This document shows, piece by piece, positions 1 to 11,500 of a stretch of DNA of 64,000 nucleotides. Both the position numbers and the translations under genes were made by a program. The notes beneath the pieces were generated by a model. It did not search any database, was not told the DNA's origin, and was given only the letters and a program-made list of their open reading frames with translations. Within the stretch, counting starts at the first letter, position 1, and every line of letters begins with the position of its first letter. Source of the stretch: Pocillopora verrucosa. Taxonomy: Eukaryota. Location: positions 15,979,874-16,043,873 of the forward strand of contig NC_089320.1 of NCBI RefSeq assembly GCF_036669915.1, read 5' to 3'.

Positions 1-999
1 TTGAAGATCATTTAAGTAGAACTACCAGAGATGGTTATGAATAGTTTGCCTTGTTTGCCACAAAAACAAATTAAGAGTGGGTAATCTCAATTATTAAGTG
101 TTATCAAATATATTGATCTGTTTCATTTTGCTGCCGCTGAAGGAATTCAATCACCAAGACAGTCCAACAGTTAAAGTTAAAATATCAGGCGATGGAGCTA
201 GAATGTCTCATTTCCTTTGTTCCTTTTCCATCTTATATGACCATCAACATGTTCTCTGTAGTGCTAGTACAGTGCATTGATAGGTAATTATTTTGAATTC
301 ATGCAATTACAAGGCTAACTGGAAGATGCAGACAGTACAAAACAGTGCAGGTAAAACTAATTCTGACTACGTGTATCATTAATAATTGTGACAACATTGA
401 AAAAAAATGCTGAATTCTAATCACACCTTTAGAATAACCATCTATCAACCTTGCTTATTTTGTCACAACAGGCAACCACACCATTGTTGTACTAAAAACA
501 TCTGAGGTTTTCAAAAACCTGAGAACTGGTCTGGCAAGTGTAACGCAGACGGTAAAAAAGTTAATTGATGATGGATTCATCTTGATCAAAGGTAGAAAGT
601 AAATTTGTAGTTATACCTTGGTGGCAACTACAAAGTAGGTACAATGTATCTGACTATATACATGTGACAACCTTTAAGTTTGTTATTTATAATACCTGGT
701 TTTTCTTTTTTTTCAACAGTTTCTGCTTCTGGCAATGGGTATTAAAAAAAAGTCATTTCAAACAATTCATGCATTTGGTGCCTAATCCGCAAAAAAGACA
801 GGTTCTTTTCAAATTATATTATGTCTTTCATCTCTTGAAAACATGTTTTACAATACTGTTCTCTTTTTCTCATCTTAAGGTGCAACATGGATGTTTCATA
901 TTCATAATACCAGGCGGAAATTTTGAAATGAAAATTGGGCCCGGACGGGCACAAGCAAGTTGGATGCTTGCATCAACCATTATTTGAAATACTTCTTAG

Positions 1000-1090
1000 C
1001 AACATTGCCACTGACGAACTTCACTTGATGTTAAGAGTGATGGACAGACTAGAGACAGGGCTAATCCTTAAAGATGTTGATCGGGATGAG
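1000..1090 (+). CDS. Exon of an unidentified multi-exon gene: (x)NIATDELHLMLRVMDRLETGLILKDVDRDE
   Basis: acttcttag| acceptor, GAG|gtaaat donor. Phase-compatible with the exons at 1564-1638 and 1736-1889. Confidence 0.35.
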
Positions 1091-1563
1091 GTAAATTATA
1101 TCTTTCGTTGTCTTATTATCTAAAGAAATTCAAAGCGAGTATTGCAAGAGTTTCACTTTGTAATGCAATTTACTTTTCATGAAATCAGGCTGACAACCAA
1201 GGCAAGCCCCCATCAAAGAGGTACTTTCCCCATTTAGATGCACTACTTGCCATCATACACTCCTTAAGAATCTCTCTCAACATGTGGAAAACAAGAGAAT
1301 CAAGCAGGACCCTTAAAAGGACATCCTCGCTGGGAAGAGAGAAGTGACTGCTCCTGGAAAAGCTTCCCTGTCATTTTACAAGTTTTTGCGCCTAGAAAGA
1401 GCACATGTTGTTCAAAAACTGTAGACAGTGAGTAAATGATTGTTTAGTAATAAATAAATAAATTCATCTTGTGTTGAAAGGAACCCACAACCTTGGGTTT
1501 AAACAGATTTTTGAACAGTTTCAATCAACTTTCACTCAATAAATGAAAATCCTCTCTTTTCAG

Positions 1564-1638
1564 TGCTTTCAGGAGATATTAGAACTCCTACGCAAAGATA
1601 CCCACGGCAAAGATAAAGTCGTTAAACTACAGGATAAG
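1564..1638 (+). CDS. Exon: CFQEILELLRKDTHGKDKVVKLQDK
   Basis: ctcttttcag| acceptor, AAG|gtttgt donor, phase 0. Confidence 0.4.
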
Positions 1639-1735
1639 GTTTGTGTTAAAAAAAGAAACTTTTTTACTTCAATCCTTAGTACTTTTTGTAAAAAGACATT
1701 CCAATTTTTATAACCATTCTTTCTCAAATACACAG

Positions 1736-1889
1736 GCTAAAATGTGGAGAGCCTATTTGATATGGATGCCTGGAACTGGCTCAGGTTACACCAATGAAAT
1801 AATGACAACTCCGTATATTCACATCTTGGTATACTACAATCTAACAATGATACGCAACCATGGCTCACTCAAGTACTTCAGTGGTCAAG
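1736..1889 (+). CDS. Exon: AKMWRAYLIWMPGTGSGYTNEIMTTPYIHILVYYNLTMIRNHGSLKYFSGQ
   Basis: atacacag| acceptor, AAG|gtaatc donor. A possible next exon is 1952?-2134 (DEEDGENNALKHYSPIALLRLCFLSIICNNTIGNTQGKPQNTIKLFDQKSFHLTSDK|gttagg). Product unknown, possibly transposase-derived. Confidence 0.4.
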
Positions 1890-3463
1890 GTAATCATGTA
1901 TAATTTTGATCAATGGAACAGCTCTACTTTCATTGATTCTATATCCATGACGTGATAAGAGACGAAGAAGATGGAGAGAACAATGCTCTCAAACATTACA
2001 GTCCTATTGCCCTTTTGCGTCTGTGCTTTCTCTCGATAATTTGTAACAACACCATTGGCAACACTCAAGGGAAGCCGCAAAATACCATCAAATTGTTCGA
2101 CCAAAAATCCTTTCATTTGACATCAGATAAAGTTAGGTTACCAAAAAAAACACGGCAGTCAAAAGTCGCGCATGCCTCATCGCCCAGAATTCAGCGACAT
2201 ATCCGGGACTTTCATTGAGACGCTGGCGCTAAATTTAAAAGCTAATTAGAAAATGATTGTCAAACAATAAAGGAAAAGGGCTGAAAATGTCGAGGAAGGC
2301 TTACGTTCTCTTCGTTTACGTATAAACTACTTTTCAAATGCTACTTTTACCATATGGCTTTTAAAGAAGAAAGTTCAATTGAACAGTGTATCATTCTCAC
2401 TTTGTTCTTGCGCTTTCAGAAGAGGTCGCAAATTTGCCTTGAAAATTGACTATGTTAGCATCCTGCTTGTATGAGAAGTCGATCTCCACGCACTTTCAGG
2501 CGTAATTTATCTTCACTCAATTGCTAGATTTCTCTTTTACCATATGGTTATTTTTATTTGATATTCTAGAAAGCGTCATAGAAATTTTCAAGGGATTCCA
2601 AACTTTGGAAGTAGTCGCAAAACGCGAATTTCGAAAACGTTTGCTCAGCATCGTAGTGTTCTATCCAAATTTGTCCTTTGGAGACCCCCACGAGAATACA
2701 AGTGACCTATTTTAAACTTCCCGCGAGAATATCAAGGTATGCTAAGCTCCGCCTCCGCAAACAATCGCGCACACGCCGCCTAATTAGTATTGAAATTGAG
2801 GTGGTAACTAGACAATGCTTAAAAAACTGTAAAAGCTTTTAAGATATGATCGCTGAGATCGCTGCAGAAATATTCAGCAATCGTTACTATCATATGGAAA
2901 CCACACTCCTATTATTGTCGCAAGATAGACTTCTATCTCGACGATCGTCGCACTCACAAGCCGGTTGTTGGAAGCATCGCTCATATTTTTCTCTACCGAT
3001 TGAAGCGATTTTCACGAAATAGAAAATAGGCAATAACATAAAACAGAACATCCGGCTATCGACCTCAATCCTTGGTTGGAGGTTCATGGAACCTACTTTT
3101 TTGGCGAGTTCGATTGTTGAACTAATCGAACTTTAAAGATACCATTATTCTCTTACATGCCCCCTATTTGGATTTTTCCTTTGGCTGGTCTTTATGTTTG
3201 ACTCAGAATGAAGTTACTTACTTAAATACGTCTAGCAATGTTTGCAAAATTCAGTATAACCGTTCATTAAAGAAAAGTGTTATTTACAGACAAATGTTAT
3301 GAATTCAGATGCGTAACTATTGGCTACTGCTGTCTAATTGGCTCTAATGTCGCAACTATTGTTCCCTCGAAACAATTAACTTCGGGGAAAAAAGCTGCTT
3401 TAATCATAAGTCTTCTTCAATCGCTAAAGCAACCTAAGTTTCAAGAGTCTCATAATTTCAGTC

Positions 3464-3952
3464 ATGTGTTCCGTACAAGAAATGCAGCGTATTGATCGGG
3501 AGCTCTCATCAGAGCTCGTAGAATCCCCGATCAATCCTGCTTTCATAAATATCTCTGCACCGTTTATGGGTAAGAAAAACCCATCATTTTCTCTTCAACT
3601 CAATGGAGAGGGCCTCTGGCAATGGAGGAAGCTTCATAGCCACAACCAAGTTTTCGATAGCCTACAGGCCAGCTTGGTTAAAGTCGGCTACGAATTATCG
3701 TCGTCTGCTCGCTCTCGAGTTGGGATGGCCGTCTACAGAAGAGTAGACTACATCGTGAAAAAGGCACGTAGCGTCAAAAACAATACAACTCGCCGAGCAG
3801 AGCGATCTCAGTACTGGTGTCAAGTTGCTCTTCACCCAGACGAGATCACCCAAATGCCTGGGGACATTATCCATCAGCTGAAAAGGGAAAATGAAGAGCT
3901 GATTAGCGAAAACCAAGAACTACGAAATGAAATGGAAGGTACGAAAATAATA
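3464..3952 (+). CDS. Unknown ORF/exon (~163 aa, coiled-coil C-terminus ..IHQLKRENEELISENQELRNEMEG|gtacga)
   Basis: Longest ORF in the left 8 kb and ends at a canonical donor. No recognisable domain. Confidence 0.25.
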
Positions 3953-6900
3953 GAACATTGTTAGTAAGTGTGCTGGATTACATGCAAGTTAAACCAAGGT
4001 TGACACCAGCTTGAACAGTAGCTTTTGAATTCTGAATGGTCAAATTAGTTTCTGGGCTAATGTTTTTCTTGTATCGACTTTAATTTTAACTCCAGGTGAA
4101 AACCGTACGTATGTAGACTTAAAGTTTCATGTTCACCAATCACCAATTTTTACTACACAGAACTAACACACCGCATACAACTTTAGATGACGAATCTGTA
4201 TTAGTTAACTCTAGTAAAAATATACTTGACTGACTTCTACCCATATGTTACCCTTTGCATAGACAAGGCATCGCAGCTTTACGATGCAATGGCCCAGCTA
4301 AGATGGGGATCTGAGGGGATCAATTTTGGACAGATAGCGTTTTAATTGAGACTTTTGGACCGCAAAGCTTATTCAAGAACGGTTATCCTGTCGATTTAGC
4401 TTTCTGTTTTGAGCTTTATCAAGAGAGTTATACGCCTCTAAAACACCGTGACTTAGTGGTTGTTTGTAACTTTGTGGTGGTACTAGTTGAAACAAACATG
4501 GTTCATTTGACGAAGAGAAAATTAACCTTATGCGTTGTATGTTATTAATCAATGGATTTGCAGAGTCAAAAGGAGAGGAGGAAAACAGGGATTCAACGAG
4601 GATTGGATAAATGGAATGGGAAACAAATAGAAAAATAAAGAAGAACTCGGCGAAATGTAAGTTGTTTGCATCATTGTTTTGTTTTGTAAATAATTCAAGG
4701 CAACAGTTACAATAGGAATTTAAGAACGTCGCCAAAGTTTTTATTCTTCTGATGATTCCGTCGCTTTTTCTCGTTTAGTGCGAAAACACTAAGGTGAAAA
4801 CACCAAGGTGGAAAAAAATCAAATCATTGAAAGTTACATTTTTCGATGTGGAAAAAATTTCCAAGGAAATAATAGTAACCATTTTCATAATAAATTTAAA
4901 ATAATTTTATGACTAAAAAAAATCACCTATTATATTTTCTAGTGGAAAATTAAAGACTGAGCTTAAACAAAGTGAGCAGTTACAACCAGTTAAAAGGTCA
5001 TTTTCAAATAAACAAGTATATGCAACAGATAATACATGTAAGGCGAGTAGTGCAAAGCAACCATTGCCATAAGAATGTAGAAACGCCGCCAACTGATACT
5101 CATTAGTATAATTGCTCAGTTGGATATTGAAATTCTAGCGCCCTGATTGGTCGAGGATTGCGTCATATCTCACTATAATCACCTCACCTAAGATGATTAC
5201 TGCAGGGTTGCGAAATTTTAAAATGACTACCTCGCATTTTGTCGATTTCACCGAGGAAGAGTGAATTTCAATTTCAATTCCTAGGAACCCAAAAGGTGCC
5301 ACTTAGTTTGGCCTAACACTTCTCAAAAGTACCATAGAAGTTTTTGATGTTAAATTCCAGATGAAACTAGTTGCTTATCTCGACACGAGAAACCATAACA
5401 TTTGGAGCAAAACATGCACAAAGTTTTTCCTATTTACAGAATGGTTTCGACGACAAGAAAAATTTACAACAGAATTCGAAAGAATCTGAGCAATTTTATT
5501 AAAATAACTGTTCCCCTCTTTGAATCGGGTGAAAAGCGTCGGAGGAGAAGCTTCATAAGAATTAGTGAAGCGAAGTAATTTAATCAATGTCTGATATATT
5601 GGAAGATTTCCTAACGAACAAACCTTTATAGTTTCCGTATTTTCTAAAGTTCGAAAAAGCTACTGTGGAAATAATAAATATGGTCCCTCAATTTCTCTTC
5701 CAACCACTTTCTTCCTCTGGAGGACCTGAAATACTCCCACATTTACCTCTCCAAGCATTCTCTTTCGAAACGGAACAATCAGAATCATTAATTTTGTCAA
5801 GTGTTGCCTTAAAGTTCTACAGATGGGATAAAAACATATTTTCATTGAATGTCGTCTTAATTTAAGCATATCATCATCAACTTTTCAAAAGGAGGTCTCA
5901 CTTGAGAGATTACAAAGTCAGTTTTGTCTGGCACTTAAGCCGTTTTCAAGCGAACGCAAAGATATCGGCAGAATTAAGATTGCGCTTTCTTCGCAAATTC
6001 AAGTTCCGATTTGAAAAAAGGATTTATTGGTACAGGTTGATAGAAATTTTGCCCAGGAGAATTTGTTTAAGAAACATTCTTGGCTAAAAGCATTTATTTT
6101 TACAGCTTAAAGTAATTTCTTTACTTATTGCTGAGCAGAGCCTCGGCTCTTTTAGCAAGAGAAAAGCATTTCCTGAGTAAAAGCTCTTTTTGCAAGAGAA
6201 AAACCTTTTCTGAGCGAGGGAGGATTATCATCAAGAAAGAGGGCCTTTAACCCCAAAACGGCATTTCTAAACATGGTTGTACTTGTCATTTTAAATCCTA
6301 AATGTTAACCAGTTGTAACTCAAAACTAGTGCTGAACAAATCATAGCAAAGACTTTGGAAGTGAAACACATGACGTAAGAGATAGATAATCAAATGCGTT
6401 ATTGTTTCAGATCCGACAAACTGTGATGGGAGAGTAAGATCTATCGAGTCACTGATGGACGTAACTTGTACATTTACAGATATTACATCAAAAGTTTCAT
6501 CCTTAGGTAGCTTGTGAATCAAATGGTGTATCCATTATTTTTTAAACGAACGGAAAATATTCGAGAAAATCGTTTGAGAACACTCAACATGGCGAGAGAA
6601 TTTTTTTGTTTTATTTCTTCCGGGATTTGTTTGCAAACAAAAAAAATAACGTTCTCTCTTTTTTTTTTTTTTTTTTCATTCAAAAACCATAACAACTTTG
6701 CTTGGATTAAACAATTTTTTAACTTGTTCATTAGAGTCCCTCAAAAGTTAAACAGTTTTGTTTAACACCATACATTCAGAAAAAGCAAAATATTACCAAA
6801 CTTTACCTTTACAAATCTGCTACATAAAAGTAGAACAACAAAAAGTTGGCGAGCGAGATCATGACCTCTGGATGCAACATTCAAAATTATACAAACTAAG

Positions 6901-8599
6901 ACAGTCACTTTTTTAGTGCAAGGGATAACTCTCTGACTCTTCCTGAACTTCTCAAGAGAAGTCGTTCTATAGAACATGATTCCTTTTTCCCTTAAGCCAT
7001 TTGCATCGACAAAAACAGTGGATGTTATATTCAAAATTAGCAGCAAAGTCAAAGTTCTCTCCTAATTCAGGTTGCCACGTGCAATTTGTTGAAAAATAAA
7101 TTTGGAGTTCGGGAGACTTTCATCAGTAAAAGTGGATTTTTTTTCATATAAAATGACACAGGTTTTTAAATGAAAAGGATACTTCTCAAATTGAATGGGA
7201 CCTTTTTTACTAGAAACTGAAATATTTCACACACAAACAATAGTTTCTAACTGATATTGCCAACAACGTGAATTTCCACTATTATATTTCGGGAAGTAAA
7301 AAAAAACTTGTTGTCGGAATTGGAAATATTTTCCCTTCACCAAAAAAAGATGATATTGACGTTTTGACGTCTTTTGTAGCAAAATGAAAATTATCCTAAT
7401 CGTTTGATAGATTTTGAAAGAAAGTATATAGCGCGTGGATGGCGGAAAAATTTTGAGCTTCATAGGAAAAGCTGTGATTTACTCTATGAAATAAAATTAG
7501 TGCTTTCATTAGTTATAGTGGATTTGTTTAAGAATCTTAAAGGACATTTGGAAACACATGGTGTATTTTATTAACGGTAAGAGATCATGACAATTGGATA
7601 ACGGAACAACTTAAACTACATAATTAGGCTGTTTTTTTTAATAAATGGAAAATTCAATAATTTTAAATTAGTAGTCCGCGAAAACTTTTGGACAACTTTG
7701 AAAAGAATTGAAATCTCTTCTGACTCAAGCAACTCACTTAAATAAAACCATGAAGCTTTTTTCGCAATAACACAGAATTGAACCTCATAATGACAAGTAT
7801 TTCAACGCTATGTATTTCTCATTAAGGAAGTTTTCATACAAAATGAACCCAAAGAGGAAAATCTAAAAATTCCGTCACTTTAAAATTTTTTTAGCTCATT
7901 TAATTTTTGTGCGTTATGCTATGTCGTTTTAAGCCTTTTAAATTGAAATCTTTAAGAGAGATTTTGATGTGTTCCTTTAGTGCTCTAGCTGTCTATCAGC
8001 CTATCTGTCTATCAAATAGAGAATATATTTTTGTTTCAAATATACAGATTGAAAATATTGACCCTTCTTTACTTAAAAGGACGGTAATATTTCACTAAAA
8101 AATAACAAAAAACAACTGAGCAGAGGCAAAAGTTTTGTTAGTAAAAAATTTAAAACCAAAATAAAGATACAAATATTTCTTAACACTTGTAAAACAATTT
8201 CTAGAAGTTATTAGAACTATTTGAATCCAAACAAATAACTTTTGAAATTACCTTATCGCCAATATCACTAAAATTTAAATCTAACAGCAAACAAAGTTGA
8301 AAAAATAGTGTTCATCAGACAAACTGGAAACAAGCAAAATGTCTCCTAGAAAAAGTAATGTATGCCTTTGAAAGAGGAAATGCTCTGCATGTCGAATGTT
8401 AAATGATAATCATTTTTACATTTCAAAGTTTTTTTCCCAAAGATATTCTTCTTTTATCCCGTTTTCTCTTGCTTCTTCTGGTAATGCAAATTGCTTGGCT
8501 CGTTCGACGACCGTATCCTTCCATCGTAGTTTAAATTTAAGCTGTAGCTTTGCAATTCTGAGGAGCTTTAATCTTAAAAGGAACAGAAATTTGCTTAAT

Positions 8600-11500
8600 T
8601 TTAACAGCCGCGAGAATTTTTTTCTGAAAAAATAAAAGAAAGAAATCAGAAGAAAGTTCTCGGAGCTCTTGAAATTAAATTAATTTCTGCTTCTTAAAAG
8701 ATTAAAAGGAAAAAGAAAACTGACCAACGGGGCCTTAGGCCCCTTGGAGGTGCTTTAACAACTTAAATTAAACGACGGCGGGGATACGGCCGTCGCCTAA
8801 TTTGAGTTGTTAAATGTGCACTACCGCTAGACCACAGAGGCTTTTGGTAAGAAGACATGGCAAAATTACACTAGAAGTAGGTTTGCTCCCATTGTTAACA
8901 GAAATAATAGCTTGTGAATAGTATTTGATTCTAAGTGCTATCATCCTCCTGAGACTTGTAATTCTATTGTGTTTACATTACATTTTTGCGTTCTTTTTTG
9001 CAGCTTGCTTGAATTTTATTACTGAAGGAAGAAACCTCTGAAAGTCTCTGTGGGGTTAGTGGTGCAAGTCAAGAGTCGTTTTAAAACCTGTCAAAGTATA
9101 GCAGTAGTAGTGCGAGAAAAAAAGACGTTCAGAAATCTGTGAAGATCTTGTAGTAGTAGTAGTGATGCAAGTGAGAAGTAATTTTATAAAGAAGTGTAGT
9201 AGAAAAGTACAAGTAAAACATTTTAGAATCTATTCGTGAGTGAAAAATCTTTCAAAGTATCTTGTTGTGAAAGTAGTGCAAGTAAAGAGTCGTTCAAAAA
9301 TCTGTCAAAGTCTAGCAGTAATGGTACTAATAGACAATCGGTGAAAAAGTCATTCAAAATCTAGTGCAAAATTAAAAAGTCGTTCTAAAGATCTGTCAAA
9401 TATAGAAGTAGTCGTCAAAAAAACTGTCGAAGACTAGCGGTAGCATTATTCGTAGTGCAAACAAGAAAGTAGTTAAAAATATGTCGTAGTCCAGCACTAG
9501 CAGTGCGAATATAACGTTTTTTAGAAGGTCTCTTAAATGTACAGGTAGCAGTGCAGGTAAAACGTCGTTCAAAGATCTGTCTTAGTCCGGCAAAAAATTA
9601 CTAATAGAAAAAAGTTGAGAAAGTCTTTCAAAATTCAGCAGTAGTGCAAATAATATCTCGTTCTAAAATTTTGTTAAGGTCTAGTAGATGTTGCACAATT
9701 TGAGAGTTGTCGTGCAAATGAAATACTCGTTCAAAATCTGATAAAGTGTAGTAGTAGTGGAAGTACAAATAAAACAAAAATCTTTTAGAGAGGGGTAGTG
9801 TAAATAAGACTCGATCAAAATCTATCAGTGTAGTAGTAGTAGTGTAAATAAGACTCGATCAAAATCTATCAGTGTAGTAGTAGTAGTGTAAATAAGACTC
9901 GATCAAAATCTATCAGTGTAGTAGTAGTAGTGTAAATAAGACTCGATCAAAATCTATCAGTGTAGTAGTAGTGTAAATAAGACTCGATCAAAATCTGTCA
10001 GTGTAGTAGTAGTAGGGCAAATAAGAGTCGTTCAAAATCTGTCAGTGTAGTAGTAGTAGTAGTGTAAATAAGAGTCGTTCAAAATCTATCAGTGTAGTAG
10101 TAGTACTGAAAATAAGAGTCGTTCAAAATCTATCAGTGTAGTAGTAGTACTGAAAATAAGAGTCGTTCAAAATCTATCAGTGTAGTAGTAGTAGTACGAA
10201 TAAGAGTCGTTCAAAATCTATCAGTGTAGTAGTAGTAGTGCAAATAAGAGTCGTTCAAAATCTGTCAGTGTAGTAGTAGTAGTGCAAATAAGAGCCGTTC
10301 AAAATCTATCAGTGTAGTAGTAGTAGTGCAAATAAGAGTCGTTCAAAATCTGTCAGTGTAGTAGTAGTAGTGCAAATAAGAGTCGTTCAAAATCTGTCAG
10401 TGTAGTAGTAGTAGTGCAAATAAGAGTCGTTCAAAATCTATCAGTGTAGTAGTAGTAGTGCAAATAAGAGTCGTTCAAAATCTATCAGTGTAGTAGTAGT
10501 AGTGCAAATAAGAGTCGTTCAAAATCTATCAGTGTAGTAGTAGTAGTAGTGCAAATAAGAGTCGTTCAAAATCTGTCAGTGTAGTAGTAGTAGTGCAAAT
10601 AAGAGTCGTTCAAAATCTATCAGTGTAGTAGTAGTAGTGCAAATAAGAGTCGTTCAAAATCTGTCAGTGTAGTAGTAGTAGTGCAAATAAGAGTCGTTCA
10701 AAATCTGTCAGTGTAGTAGTAGTAGTGCAAATAAGAGTCGTTCAAAATCTATCAGTGTAGTAGTAGTAGTGCAAATAAGAGTCGCTCAAAATCTATCAGT
10801 GTAGTAGTAGTAGTGCAAATAAGAGTCGCTCAAAATCTGTCAGTGTAGTAGTAGTAGTGCAAATAAGAGTCGTTCAAAATCTATCAGTGTAGTAGTAGTA
10901 GTGCAAATAAGAGTCGCTCAAAATCTATCAGTGTAGTAGTACAAGTGCGAAAAAGAGTCGTTGAAAATCTGTCAGTGTGTTGTAGTAGCAGTAATAGTGC
11001 AAATAAGAGTCGTTGAAAATCTGTCAGTGTGTTGTAGTTGTAGCAATAGTGCAAATAAGAGTTGTTGAAAATCTGTCAGTGTGTTGTAGTTGTAGCAATT
11101 GTGCAAATAAGAGTCGTTGAAAATCTGTCAGTGTGTTGTAGTTGTAGCAATAGTGCTAATAAGAGTCGTTGAAAATCTGTCAGTGTGTTGTAGTAGTAGC
11201 AATAGTGCAAATAAGAGTCGTTGAAAATCTGTCAGTGTGTTGTAGTTGTAGCAGTAGTGCAAATAAGAGTCGTTGAAAATCTGTCAGTGTGTTGTAGTAG
11301 TAGCAATAGTGCAAATAAGAGTCGTTGAAAATCTGTCAGTGTGTTGTAGTTGTAGCAATAGTGCTAATAAGAGTCGTTGAAAATCTGCAAGTGTGTTGTA
11401 GTTGTAGCAATAGTGCAAATAAGAGTCGTTGAAAATCTGTCAGTGTGTTGTAGTTGTAGCAATAGTGCTAATAAGAGTCGTTCAAAATCTGTCAGTGTGT

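Noticed and set aside
1189-1220. 32-nt micro-exon ADNQGKPPSK (atcag| ... AG|gtactt) in the left-edge gene.
   Set aside because: Its phase breaks the frame of the following exon at 1564. Skipping it gives a continuous frame.
9790-10925. A regular 42-bp direct-repeat array could look like a CRISPR array.
   Set aside because: The units are contiguous with no unique spacers. The context is eukaryotic, with introns, RS-domain genes and MITEs. It is a minisatellite.
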